Made by a program: the position numbers and the translations under genes. Below the pieces are notes generated by a model, which was not told the DNA's origin, ran no database searches, and saw nothing but the letters and a program-made list of their open reading frames with translations. Below are positions 35,630 through 44,243 of a stretch of 64,000 bases of DNA, one piece after another (position 1 is the first letter of the stretch; each line of letters starts with the position of its first letter). The stretch covers positions 247,587 to 311,586 of the forward strand of contig JANRKS010000001.1 in the NCBI GenBank assembly GCA_033763315.1. Direction: 5' to 3'. Source of the DNA: Deltaproteobacteria bacterium. GTDB taxonomy: Bacteria > Myxococcota_A > Polyangia > Fen-1088.

Positions 35630-37551
35630 ACGCTTTGCGCGCCTGGGCCATGTTGGGTTTGGCCACGCTTGCTTTGCTTGCCTTGCCTGCGTGCCAACAG
35701 CGTCTGTTCTGCGTAAACTGCGGCGACGCCGGCGTTGGTTGGTTCGATGCGGCCGTGCCACCTCCCGGCGACGACGGCGGCGTTGATCCGGGCGGCGATG
35801 CTGGGGTGATTTGTGTGCCGGCCGCGGAAACATGCAACGGCAAAGACGACAACTGCAACGGTCTGATCGATGACGGCGTGCTTGTGGACGTGGGCGTGGT
35901 TTGCGGATCCGTGCTCGGCGTATGTAAGCAAGGCGTAACGGCGTGCGAACAAGGGCGATTGGTGTGCCAAGGCGAAACGCCGCGCGCCCCAGAAACGTGC
36001 AATGGTTTGGATGATGATTGTGATGGCGTGGTTGACAACGGCAACCCCGGCGCAGGCGTGCTGTGTGGCAACGGAACCGGCGAATGCGTGCAGGGCCTCA
36101 CGATGTGCCAAGCGGGCATGATCGTGTGCGAAGGTGGCACCGGCCCCACGCCTGAGGTGTGTGACGGCTTTGACAACAACTGCGATGGCACGATCGACGA
36201 AGGCGATCCCGGCGGAGGCGCCCAATGCGGGGCAGGCGCTGACGTGTGCGTGCCCGGCAAGATCCGCTGCACGGGCGGCCAACTTGTGTGCGTGGGCGCA
36301 GGGCCTGCCATCGCCGAGCTGTGTAATGGTGTTGACGACAACTGCAACGGCCAAGTGGATGAAGGTTTCAACACAGCGATCGATCCCAACAACTGCGGTG
36401 TGTGCGGCAAGGTTTGTGGGTTGCCGTTTGCGCGCGCCGCGTGCGGCGCGGGCGCGTGCCAGATCGAACGCTGCACAACGGATCACTGGGATCTGGATCG
36501 TGATCCAAACAATGGCTGTGAATACGCGTGTGCGCTGCGTGGCGTGGAATTGTGCAACGGCTACGATGACGACTGCGATGGCGTGATCGACAACGGCGTG
36601 ACCGCGCCCGACAACTGCGCCAAACTTGGCGAATGCGCCGGCACGAAGCCCTCATGTGATGGCAAGAGCGGTTGGGTTTGCCGTTATGGCGGGCTCGTGA
36701 GCACGAATGGCTCGGGGCAGATCGTTCCGGAAACCAACTGCGACGATCGCGACAACGACTGCAACGGCCGCACCGATGATTTGTTCCCCAACCGCCAAAA
36801 GGGCTGCACCGCCGGTACCGGGGCGTGCGTGGCCCAAGGCAAACAGGTGTGCAACGCCACCCACGACGCCTTGATCTGCGACGCCCCCACACCCGCGCCG
36901 GGCAGCGCCGAGATCTGCAATGGCATCGATGATGATTGCAACGGCCAAACGGATGAAGGCGCACCAGACGCGTGGGTCACGTTCCGCGTGGGGGGCGCGA
37001 CAAAGCAGATCTATAAGTACGAAGCGTCGCACCCGGATGCCACGGCGACCAGCATCGGTGCGTTGGTGCACCGCTCGTGTTCGCAAGCGTTGCGTCTGCC
37101 GTGGATCAACGTGACCTATCCAGAAGCGCAAGCGGCCTGCGCCCAGGCTGGCGCGCGCTTGTGCACCGAAACGGAATGGCAAGCGGCGTGTGAAGCCGAG
37201 GCCCCGCAGGCGTGTGCGTGGTCGTTTGCGAACAGCTGCATGACTTATCAACCCGGCGTATGTGCCGACGCCAACTACGATCTGGACCCGGCGTTGCCCG
37301 GCTACCAGAATGGCTTGGTGGCCACCGGATCGCTCGCAAGCTGCAACACAAGCTGGGGCGCGGCCGGCGGCATCTATGATCTTTCCGGCAATGTGAAAGA
37401 ATGGACCGCCGCGCGCGCGCCCGGCATCAACCCCTTGCGTGGCGGCGCATACAACAACCCCGTGGGGGGCGCCACGTGTGGCAGCAAGTTCGTGGTGGCG
37501 GACGATACGTTCTTGTTCGGCGATGTCGGATTCCGCTGCTGCAAGGATTAA
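35626..37551 (+). CDS. Lipoprotein with 7 MopE-like repeats and C-terminal FGE-sulfatase (C-type lectin fold) domain
   Basis: Lipobox LPAC; E.CNG.DD.C.G..D repeats; DPNNCG.CG..C; YEAS, PW.NVT..EA..AC...G.RLC.E.EW..AC, DLSGNVKEW, RGG, GFRCC. ATGA overlap with the upstream gene. Confidence 0.88.
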   Translation: MNALRAWAMLGLATLALLALPACQQRLFCVNCGDAGVGWFDAAVPPPGDDGGVDPGGDAGVICVPAAETCNGKDDNCNGLIDDGVLVDVGVVCGSVLGVCKQGVTACEQGRLVCQGETPRAPETCNGLDDDCDGVVDNGNPGAGVLCGNGTGECVQGLTMCQAGMIVCEGGTGPTPEVCDGFDNNCDGTIDEGDPGGGAQCGAGADVCVPGKIRCTGGQLVCVGAGPAIAELCNGVDDNCNGQVDEGFNTAIDPNNCGVCGKVCGLPFARAACGAGACQIERCTTDHWDLDRDPNNGCEYACALRGVELCNGYDDDCDGVIDNGVTAPDNCAKLGECAGTKPSCDGKSGWVCRYGGLVSTNGSGQIVPETNCDDRDNDCNGRTDDLFPNRQKGCTAGTGACVAQGKQVCNATHDALICDAPTPAPGSAEICNGIDDDCNGQTDEGAPDAWVTFRVGGATKQIYKYEASHPDATATSIGALVHRSCSQALRLPWINVTYPEAQAACAQAGARLCTETEWQAACEAEAPQACAWSFANSCMTYQPGVCADANYDLDPALPGYQNGLVATGSLASCNTSWGAAGGIYDLSGNVKEWTAARAPGINPLRGGAYNNPVGGATCGSKFVVADDTFLFGDVGFRCCKD

Positions 37552-37564
37552 GGCAGCACGGCGG

Positions 37565-38911
37565 CTAGGCTTCTGGATCGCGCAACCCGTGCTTCCTTAG
37601 TAGCTCACGCAAATGTTTGCGATCCAGCTCGGCGGCGCGTGACGCCGCCGATAAGTTGCCTTTGTGGGCCTCGAGCAGATGCGCCAAGTACTCTCGCTCG
37701 AACGCCTCCACCATCACGGCCTTGGCTTCTTTGAACGGCAGATCAAATGGCACGTGTGCGGGCGTGGGCGTGCTGGAAGGCGATCCATCACCAAACGTCT
37801 TTGTGAAATCGAGTTCGTCGTCGCGCGACAGCGCAACCACGCGTTCAATCAAGTTGCGCAGCTCGCGCACATTGCCGGGCCACGGGTATTGTTTGAGCTG
37901 CTCAAGATCGTGGGTCCGCGCGCGCAGCGAACGGCCCCGCGACAACTCTTTAATGAAGTGCTGCGCCAGCAGCGGCACGTCTTCGAGCCGGTCGCGCAAC
38001 GGCGGAATGGTGATGCGTACGACCGCCAGGCGATAATACAAATCCTCTCGAAAGCGCTTCTCGGCCACTTCTGCCCGCAGATCGCGGTTCGTGGCCGCCA
38101 CCACACGCACGTTCACCTTGCGATAGGCGTCCCCGCCCACGGGGCGCACCATTTGTTTGTCGAGCACACGCAGCAACGTTGGCTGCAGATCCAGATGAAG
38201 CTCGCCGATCTCGTCTAAGAATAAGGTGCCGCCGTCAGCTTCACCAAAGGCGCCGCGGCGTTCGCTGATGGCGCCCGTGAACGCACCCTTGACGTGGCCA
38301 AACAACGCCGACTCGATCAATTCGTGCGGCACCGCCGCACAATCGAACACCACCAAAGATTGTTTGTTGCGGTGGCTGTGCCTGTGAATTTCTTCGGCGA
38401 AGCGCTCTTTGCCCGAACCGGTTTCGCCTTCGAGCAACACCGTGGCGTCGGTTTGCGCCACATCTTCGAGCAGCGAAAACAGCCGCCGCATTTTTGGGTC
38501 GCGGCCAAACAACGATCCAAAGCGTTCTTTGTCACCGGGCGCCACATCAACGGCTTGTTCGTCCGGCACGTACTTGATGATGGTTTGGCCAACTTGAATT
38601 TCAGTGCCGTAACCCAGCTCCAGTTCGCGGAAGCGCGCGCCCTTGAGGAACGAGCCGTTGGTCGAGCCGAGGTCGCGCAGCAGCAAACCGCCTTCGCCCA
38701 ATCGGATCTCCATGTGCCGCCGCGACACTGTGGGATCAGTGAGTTGGATTTGGCACTCGCTGCCTGAGCCTAACGTCAGCGGGCTTTTGTCGAGCGCGAA
38801 CGATTCGCCCCGGTCTTGCCCATGCAGCACGATGAACCGCCCGCGCCCCGACTGCCGCACGATTGAGGCTTCGGGGTTGATGATCCGGGTGGGCGATTTC
38901 GGAATGGTCAT
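37565..38911 (-). CDS. sigma54-dependent enhancer-binding protein with N-terminal FHA domain and Fis-type HTH
   Basis: [13 protein letters not shown]; GETGSGKE; [15 protein letters not shown]; FLDEIGE; WPGNVREL; C-terminal HTH. Confidence 0.95.
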   Translation of the reverse strand: MTIPKSPTRIINPEASIVRQSGRGRFIVLHGQDRGESFALDKSPLTLGSGSECQIQLTDPTVSRRHMEIRLGEGGLLLRDLGSTNGSFLKGARFRELELGYGTEIQVGQTIIKYVPDEQAVDVAPGDKERFGSLFGRDPKMRRLFSLLEDVAQTDATVLLEGETGSGKERFAEEIHRHSHRNKQSLVVFDCAAVPHELIESALFGHVKGAFTGAISERRGAFGEADGGTLFLDEIGELHLDLQPTLLRVLDKQMVRPVGGDAYRKVNVRVVAATNRDLRAEVAEKRFREDLYYRLAVVRITIPPLRDRLEDVPLLAQHFIKELSRGRSLRARTHDLEQLKQYPWPGNVRELRNLIERVVALSRDDELDFTKTFGDGSPSSTPTPAHVPFDLPFKEAKAVMVEAFEREYLAHLLEAHKGNLSAASRAAELDRKHLRELLRKHGLRDPEA

Positions 38912-40011
38912 TCGCGCGGGGAGGGCGCCGACGGAAGCCGGTTGCGGATCGTGTCGCCCATGGCATCGATTCCATCAATGGGCGTGGCCTCTTTGCCCAA
39001 CTGCGCGTGCATCGCCGGCGCGGCGCCCAAATCCAACCGCTGGGTGTCTCCTGTGACCGCTTCGTCGTGCGCCCATCTTTCAGGATCAGGGCCAAGCAAA
39101 GAGGTCAGTTCGTTGGACAAATCTTTGGTGGAATACACCAAGCCATAACGTTGCGTCACATCGCGCAGCTGCTGCGAGAACTCAAGCGCCGAGCCATAAC
39201 GTTGTTCGGGATCGGGTGCCAACGCACGCGCAAACACCATATCCACCTCCGGCGGAATGTCGGGCGTGAGCTGGGACAAGCTTGGCAGCGGGCGGCCATA
39301 AACCTCATCAGGCGGCGTTTGCAGATCGCCCACGAACAGCCGCGAGCCCAAGAACGTTTCGAACACACACACAGCCACGGAGAACAGATCGCTGCGGGCG
39401 TCTATGACTTCGCTGCGTGCCTGTTCGGGCGACATATAGCCCACCTTGCCGCGCACCTTGTAGAACACCGACGCAAACGCTGTGGCTTTGGCGATGCCGA
39501 AGTCCGAAAGCTTCACTTCGCCACGTGTGGAACACAAAATATTCGAGGGCGAGACGTCGCGGTGGATGATGCCCAGCGATTGCCCCCCTGAATCCGTTTT
39601 GCCGTGCATATACGCAAGGCCCGCCAAGACCTCTTGCGCCACGAACAGAACCGCGGCTGTGGACAGCGGCCGGCGTTTGCGGCGCGCGCGCCAGCTTATG
39701 GTGCGCAGATCCGTGCCAGGCACGTACTCCATCACGATGAACAGCGTATCGTCCGAGCGCACGAGATCGTAGGTGCGCACGATGTTCACGTGATCAAGCG
39801 ACGCGGAGATGCGTGCTTCCCGGAAAAACAGATCGCGGAATTCGGGGCGCGTTGTGAATTCAGGCAGCAACTGCTTGAGCACCACGGGGCGCTCGAAGCC
39901 CACGGCCCCCAGCTTCTTGCCCAAGTAGATTGCACCCATGCCGCCTTCCGTCAGGTAACGCTCGATACGGTATCGACGCATCGCTGGTTGTGGCGTGGGC
40001 GTAGGCAACAT
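38908..40011 (-). CDS. Cytoplasmic Ser/Thr protein kinase
   Basis: GGMG, VVLK, HRDVSPSN, DFG, YMSPEQ; no TM segment; overlaps the FHA-EBP start. Confidence 0.93.
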   Translation of the reverse strand: MLPTPTPQPAMRRYRIERYLTEGGMGAIYLGKKLGAVGFERPVVLKQLLPEFTTRPEFRDLFFREARISASLDHVNIVRTYDLVRSDDTLFIVMEYVPGTDLRTISWRARRKRRPLSTAAVLFVAQEVLAGLAYMHGKTDSGGQSLGIIHRDVSPSNILCSTRGEVKLSDFGIAKATAFASVFYKVRGKVGYMSPEQARSEVIDARSDLFSVAVCVFETFLGSRLFVGDLQTPPDEVYGRPLPSLSQLTPDIPPEVDMVFARALAPDPEQRYGSALEFSQQLRDVTQRYGLVYSTKDLSNELTSLLGPDPERWAHDEAVTGDTQRLDLGAAPAMHAQLGKEATPIDGIDAMGDTIRNRLPSAPSPRE

Positions 40012-40088
40012 ACGTACCCGCCAGCCTAGGGGCTGGCTTTGCAAGAAGCAAACAGAACTGACAGCGCGGTCGCGTGACCGCACCGGGG

Positions 40089-41567
40089 TTAGCGAGTGGC
40101 GAGCACCGCCAAATGGGGGCGCCCCGGCAGCGGCACGGTCTGTCCGGCCTTTGCGGATTTGGCCAGCAGGGTCCGCTTGCCTGACCAAGTGTCCAGCAGC
40201 TCAAGGCGGAAGCGCCCTTGCGGCAACGCAAAATCCCATCCGCTTGGCTGGTTCACGCCGAAGTAGAACAGATGCCAATCGCTGCCTCTGCTGGCCGCCC
40301 AGGGCGACACCTTGCGGCCGCTCGGGGTCAGCGGGGCGTCGGGTCCTGACTCAACGATCTGGCGCAGAAACGCGAGGCGGGTTGGGCTTTTGCCACGCAG
40401 CACACCGCCATGCGACCACCAGAACTGTTCGCTTGGGTGCATGATGGTTTCGCTGTGTCCGTTGTACCCGCCCGTGATGGTGGCCATCCAGAACCTGTGC
40501 ACAAGGGCGGGTGCCGGCAAGGAGCCCCAATCGGTGGGCACGTTGCCTTCGTAGCGGTTCTCATCAATGACAATCGGCTTGCCATACGCCCGGCGCGCGG
40601 CCGCCATATCTTCGTAGAGCGGGTCGTCAAATAGTTGCAACGATGCGTGCGTGATCCAATCACGGCTGTGGTCATAAACTTTCCAACAATTGTGGATGGA
40701 GCGCAGGCGTTGGTGCGGATCGATCGCCTGCACGAAGCGCCCCAGGCGATCAAAGTCTTCAGCGGATTTCGTTTTGAACAGATCCCATTCGTTGGCGAGC
40801 GACCACCACACGTGGTTATAAGCACCGAAGCGCGCGATCACGTAGCGCAGATACCGGCGATCTTCGTCGGCGTTCATCATCGAAAACCCCCAGCGATCGT
40901 AGGGATGAAACAAGATTATGTCGGCTTGCACGCCAAGTGGCTGCAACGCTTGGATGCGCTCATCGAGCGTCTGAAAATACGCTGGGTTGATGTCGGAAAA
41001 ATCCCAAGCCCAATTTTTGGGATCGGCTTTGGCGGCTTGGCCGCGTGCAATGGTGCGTGCACCAAACGGATACGCGGCAGGCTCTTGCAGGTTCCACCTG
41101 TAGTGCTTCGGGAACAAGCACATGCGCATTTTGTTAAACGGACTGCGGGCCAGCGTGCGCAGCGTTTGGGTGGCACGCGCGGGTGGCTGCAACGCCCAAA
41201 CATACGAAGTGGTACCCACGCACGAATGCGGCGTGCCGTCGGCGTGGCGGAAGGCGAATGGGTTCTTGCCATCCACGTGGACGGGGCCGTGATCATTTCG
41301 CGCGGGGGGGCCCACCGTGAAGGTGCCCGTGTGGCCCGCAAGCGCGGCGATGTTGCTTTGTGTGACGTAGGAAACGCGGCCGCGGGCGCTCGGGGAAAAG
41401 CGCACACGAAACACATCGTCACCATCCCAAAAACCGTCCACCGTGACGGTGTGTTTGCCTTGCCGAAAGGTGGCGCTCAATTGAACGTCGATGAGCGGTC
41501 TTGGCGGCGCGGACGCGCGCAGGGTGAGCTCAAAGACGCCCCATTGGGGAATGGTGCTGCTGGGCAT
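40089..41567 (-). CDS. DUF5060-DUF4038-DUF5605 protein (apiosidase/GH140-like TIM barrel)
   Basis: QWGVFEL, GFWDG, GTTSYVW, FNKMRM, HPYDRWGF, WWSLANEWD, SIHN, DE..YEG. Confidence 0.85.
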   Translation of the reverse strand: MPSSTIPQWGVFELTLRASAPPRPLIDVQLSATFRQGKHTVTVDGFWDGDDVFRVRFSPSARGRVSYVTQSNIAALAGHTGTFTVGPPARNDHGPVHVDGKNPFAFRHADGTPHSCVGTTSYVWALQPPARATQTLRTLARSPFNKMRMCLFPKHYRWNLQEPAAYPFGARTIARGQAAKADPKNWAWDFSDINPAYFQTLDERIQALQPLGVQADIILFHPYDRWGFSMMNADEDRRYLRYVIARFGAYNHVWWSLANEWDLFKTKSAEDFDRLGRFVQAIDPHQRLRSIHNCWKVYDHSRDWITHASLQLFDDPLYEDMAAARRAYGKPIVIDENRYEGNVPTDWGSLPAPALVHRFWMATITGGYNGHSETIMHPSEQFWWSHGGVLRGKSPTRLAFLRQIVESGPDAPLTPSGRKVSPWAASRGSDWHLFYFGVNQPSGWDFALPQGRFRLELLDTWSGKRTLLAKSAKAGQTVPLPGRPHLAVLATR

Positions 41568-41661
41568 TCCTAGGCTGTAACGGAATCCGTTGGCCCTGTC
41601 GAATAACAAACGACATGCGAATGTTTATGCTCGCCTGCCAAGAATTTTTGCATGCGGTAAG

Positions 41662-41700
41662 TTGACGTGCACTGAACATATGTTTAGTCTGGTTGGACCA
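41662..41700 (+). promoter_or_regulatory. sigma70-like promoter TTGACG-17 nt-TAGTCT with overlapping TGGT-TGG-ACCA operator core
   Basis: -35 at 41662-41667, -10 at 41685-41690, palindromic core at 41690-41700, in an AT-rich divergent intergenic region. Confidence 0.55.
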
Positions 41701-41820
41701 ATGACTCTTCCCCCTCGGCGGGGCGACGTGCGCCACGACAGTGAACCTTCTTTGGGCGTGCGTCGCCTTGTCCGAGGACGGACGGGACCTGCGCCACAGC
41801 ACGCGTGGTAACTTGGGAGC

Positions 41821-42285
41821 GTGTCTGGGCCGTTCAAGCTGCAAACTCTCCTGTCGCTGCGCGAGCAGGCGCAGGCAGAGGCTGAGCTGAAATTGCGGGG
41901 CGCCGTTGAGCACCTTGACGCGATGGTCACCGAGCAGCGTCGGCTGACCACTCTATTGCAGAGTTACGAAACCCATTTGCTGCAGCTTATGAACGGTGTG
42001 GCACCAGGTCGCACGGCTGCGGCGTTGCAGGCGCGCGATCAATTTATGGTGCGTCTGCGCGCGGACGTGCAGGCCGCAAAGCAGGCGCTGGCACACCACC
42101 AACAGGGGCCCTTGGCGCAGGCGCTTCGGGACGAGCAGCAAGCGCGCGATGAGCTGCTGTTGGCCAAACAAGAGCTGGAACTGCTTCACCGTCACAAAGA
42201 TCAAGCCGAGGCGGTTGAGCGCAAGATCGCCGAACGCCGCGAAGACCACGCTGTGGATGACTGGGTGATCAGCAAGCGGCGATAG
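41821..42285 (+). CDS. FliJ/YscO-like coiled-coil protein (orphan)
   Basis: N-terminal FKLQTLLSLRE, about 150 aa all-helical, C-terminal ERRE...DD as in FliJ. Confidence 0.6.
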   Translation: MSGPFKLQTLLSLREQAQAEAELKLRGAVEHLDAMVTEQRRLTTLLQSYETHLLQLMNGVAPGRTAAALQARDQFMVRLRADVQAAKQALAHHQQGPLAQALRDEQQARDELLLAKQELELLHRHKDQAEAVERKIAERREDHAVDDWVISKRR

Positions 42286-42323
42286 AAAACAGCGCCGCAG
42301 TTTCCTGAGAAGCTGCGACGCTG
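42286..42323 (-). terminator. Intrinsic terminator hairpin between convergent genes
   Basis: CAGCGCCGCAGTTTC-ctga-GAAGCTGCGACGCTG, a 15-bp imperfect stem followed by TTTT on the minus strand. Confidence 0.65.
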
Positions 42324-42343
42324 CGGTAGCCTAGAGGCAAAGC

Positions 42344-42763
42344 CTATAGGCCTGTGCCTGTGGTGCCCGTGCCTGTTCCGGTGCCCGAAGTGCCCGTGCC
42401 TGTTCCCGTGCCCGTGCCGCTTGTTCCAGTACCTGTACCACCGCCGATGCCAGTACCCGTGCCCGTACCACCGCCCGTGCTCGTGCCCGTACCGCCGCCC
42501 GTGCCCGTGCCAGTACCCGTACCGCCGCCGATGCCCGTGCCCGTACCGCCGCCGATGCCGGTGCCCGTACCGCCGCCGACGCCCGTGGTGCCGCCGGTGC
42601 CTGTGCCCGTCGCACTCGTTCCGCCTCCACCTCCGCGCCCGAGCAGGCCACCGCTGCCCCCGTTGTTGTTGTCATCGTCATCGCAGGCGGGGGTTGAAAC
42701 AAGCAGAGCTCCGCCGAACAAACTTGCCAACGCCACGAACCCTAATTTGTGAAGTCTCTTCAT
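42344..42763 (-). CDS. Gly/Thr-repeat lipoprotein
   Basis: MKRLHK...TPAC lipobox, DDDDNNN, then about 90 residues of GGGTGT/GT repeats; AGGAG RBS. Confidence 0.75.
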   Translation of the reverse strand: MKRLHKLGFVALASLFGGALLVSTPACDDDDNNNGGSGGLLGRGGGGGTSATGTGTGGTTGVGGGTGTGIGGGTGTGIGGGTGTGTGTGGGTGTSTGGGTGTGTGIGGGTGTGTSGTGTGTGTGTSGTGTGTGTTGTGL

Positions 42764-42838
42764 ACGCCATCTCCTTGCAGGCTTAGGTGACCTTGCAAGG
42801 ACGATGCTCACGCGAATAAGGACCCGCCCTTTTCTGTT

Positions 42839-44227
42839 TTACGTCAGATCCAGCGGCATTTTGGCTTCTTTTCCAGGCGCGCCCCACGTCCTCACGTCAG
42901 TCACGCCCAGCACGTTGAGCATGCTCAGGAACAAACGGTTCACATCCACCCACGATTCAATCGGCGCGGTGAACTTGCCGGGCTCCAACGTGGGCGCGTA
43001 GTTCACGTGACGTCCTGTTTTGATTTTGCCACCGGCGCCACCCAACAACAGGACAGGCAGGTTGTTGTAGTTGTGTGCGTTGCCATGTGAAATCTCGCTA
43101 CTAACGTAGATCAGCGTGTTATCGAGGACGTTGCCGGTGCCATCGGGGCGCGCCTTCAAACGATCCATCAAACGCACGATCAGTTCCATTTGCTTGGCAC
43201 AGTAGGCGGTTTGGATCTTCTTCGTGCTGTCGTCGTGTGAGATCTGATGATGACCACGATCGTCAGTAAACTGTTCCTTGATCCAATCGCCGATGTTGGT
43301 CCACAGCGGGTACATGATGTAACGAGTGGCATCGCATTGAAACGCCGCTGCCATCAAATCAAACAGAAGATCCAATCGATCCAAGGGCGGGCCACCATAA
43401 GAATAAGTCCATTGCCACGGTATATCCCCCGCCTCGGGCCGCGTGGGAGGCGTGCACGCCGGCACCGTTTGGCTAGCATCCACCTCCAACCGCCGCTCCA
43501 GCTCGCGCACAGCCGTGAGGTGAGCTTGCACACGCAACTTATCGTTGGCTCCCAGTTGCTTGTCTAAGCGTGTGGCATCGGCCTTTACAAAGTCGAGCAC
43601 GCTTTGCCGTTTCTTACGTATCACTTCGGCGCGCGCCTTGGCCTCGGGATCGCTGCCCGTGGGTGTGTTCATGAACAACTTATCGAACACCTGTTGCGGC
43701 TGCGTGTCGTAGGGAAAGTATTGGCCCTTATCCACCCAGGATAAATATTGCGTGGTGCCGCCCTGCAGGTCTGCCGCTGATAACGCCAACGCAGGGATCT
43801 TCGTTTGCTTGCCGAAGCGCTTGGCGGCCACCTGATCCAAACTTGGGCCGCCCGCCAGCTTGCCACCACTGGCCGGCGGCATGCCGGTGGCGAAGCACAG
43901 CCTGCCCTTTTCGTGGCTATCACCTTCACCTATCTGCGCACCCATGTTCGCCAAGCCCGAGAGCACAAGCGTTTGCGCGCGGTGTTTCTCAAGCGGCGCC
44001 AAGCTCGCCGGCATAACGTAAGTGGCGCCCACCGTGGTGGGCGTCCATGTCGACATTTCGGCCCCGTAAGGGAAGTGCAACATGATCAGACGCACGGGTG
44101 GAGGCGCAGCGGCAGCAAAGGCAGACCCTGCCACGTGACCCTTGCTGTCCAACATGGCCTCCAGCAACGGCAACCCAACGGCCACCTTGCCAACCCCACG
44201 CAACAACGTTCGGCGATGCATTTTCAT
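42839..44227 (-). CDS. DUF1552 family Tat-exported protein, copy 2
   Basis: HRRTLLRG, PSLDQ, HLTAVRELE, HHQISH, GNVLDNT, SEISHGNAH. Confidence 0.9.
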   Translation of the reverse strand: MKMHRRTLLRGVGKVAVGLPLLEAMLDSKGHVAGSAFAAAAPPPVRLIMLHFPYGAEMSTWTPTTVGATYVMPASLAPLEKHRAQTLVLSGLANMGAQIGEGDSHEKGRLCFATGMPPASGGKLAGGPSLDQVAAKRFGKQTKIPALALSAADLQGGTTQYLSWVDKGQYFPYDTQPQQVFDKLFMNTPTGSDPEAKARAEVIRKKRQSVLDFVKADATRLDKQLGANDKLRVQAHLTAVRELERRLEVDASQTVPACTPPTRPEAGDIPWQWTYSYGGPPLDRLDLLFDLMAAAFQCDATRYIMYPLWTNIGDWIKEQFTDDRGHHQISHDDSTKKIQTAYCAKQMELIVRLMDRLKARPDGTGNVLDNTLIYVSSEISHGNAHNYNNLPVLLLGGAGGKIKTGRHVNYAPTLEPGKFTAPIESWVDVNRLFLSMLNVLGVTDVRTWGAPGKEAKMPLDLT

Positions 44228-44243
44228 GATGGCTCCTCGGGCG

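Noticed and set aside
29998-36486. Long antisense ORFs (e.g. 30910-32415, 34184-35365, 35613-36476)
   Set aside because: Shadow frames of GC-rich repetitive coding sequence with no independent protein features.
36960-37551. FGE/CLec domain as a diversity-generating retroelement target
   Set aside because: No reverse transcriptase and no template repeat resembling the 3' end was seen in the window. A remote DGR cannot be excluded.
29948-37551. TraA/TraB kin-recognition locus
   Set aside because: No PA14-like head is recognisable and the partner lacks a beta-barrel/OmpA domain. Only the Cys-rich plus MYXO-CTERM theme is shared.
42790-42812. sigma54-like site upstream of the Gly-Thr lipoprotein (GAGCATCGTCCTTGCA, minus strand)
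   Set aside because: The invariant -24 GG is replaced by AG.
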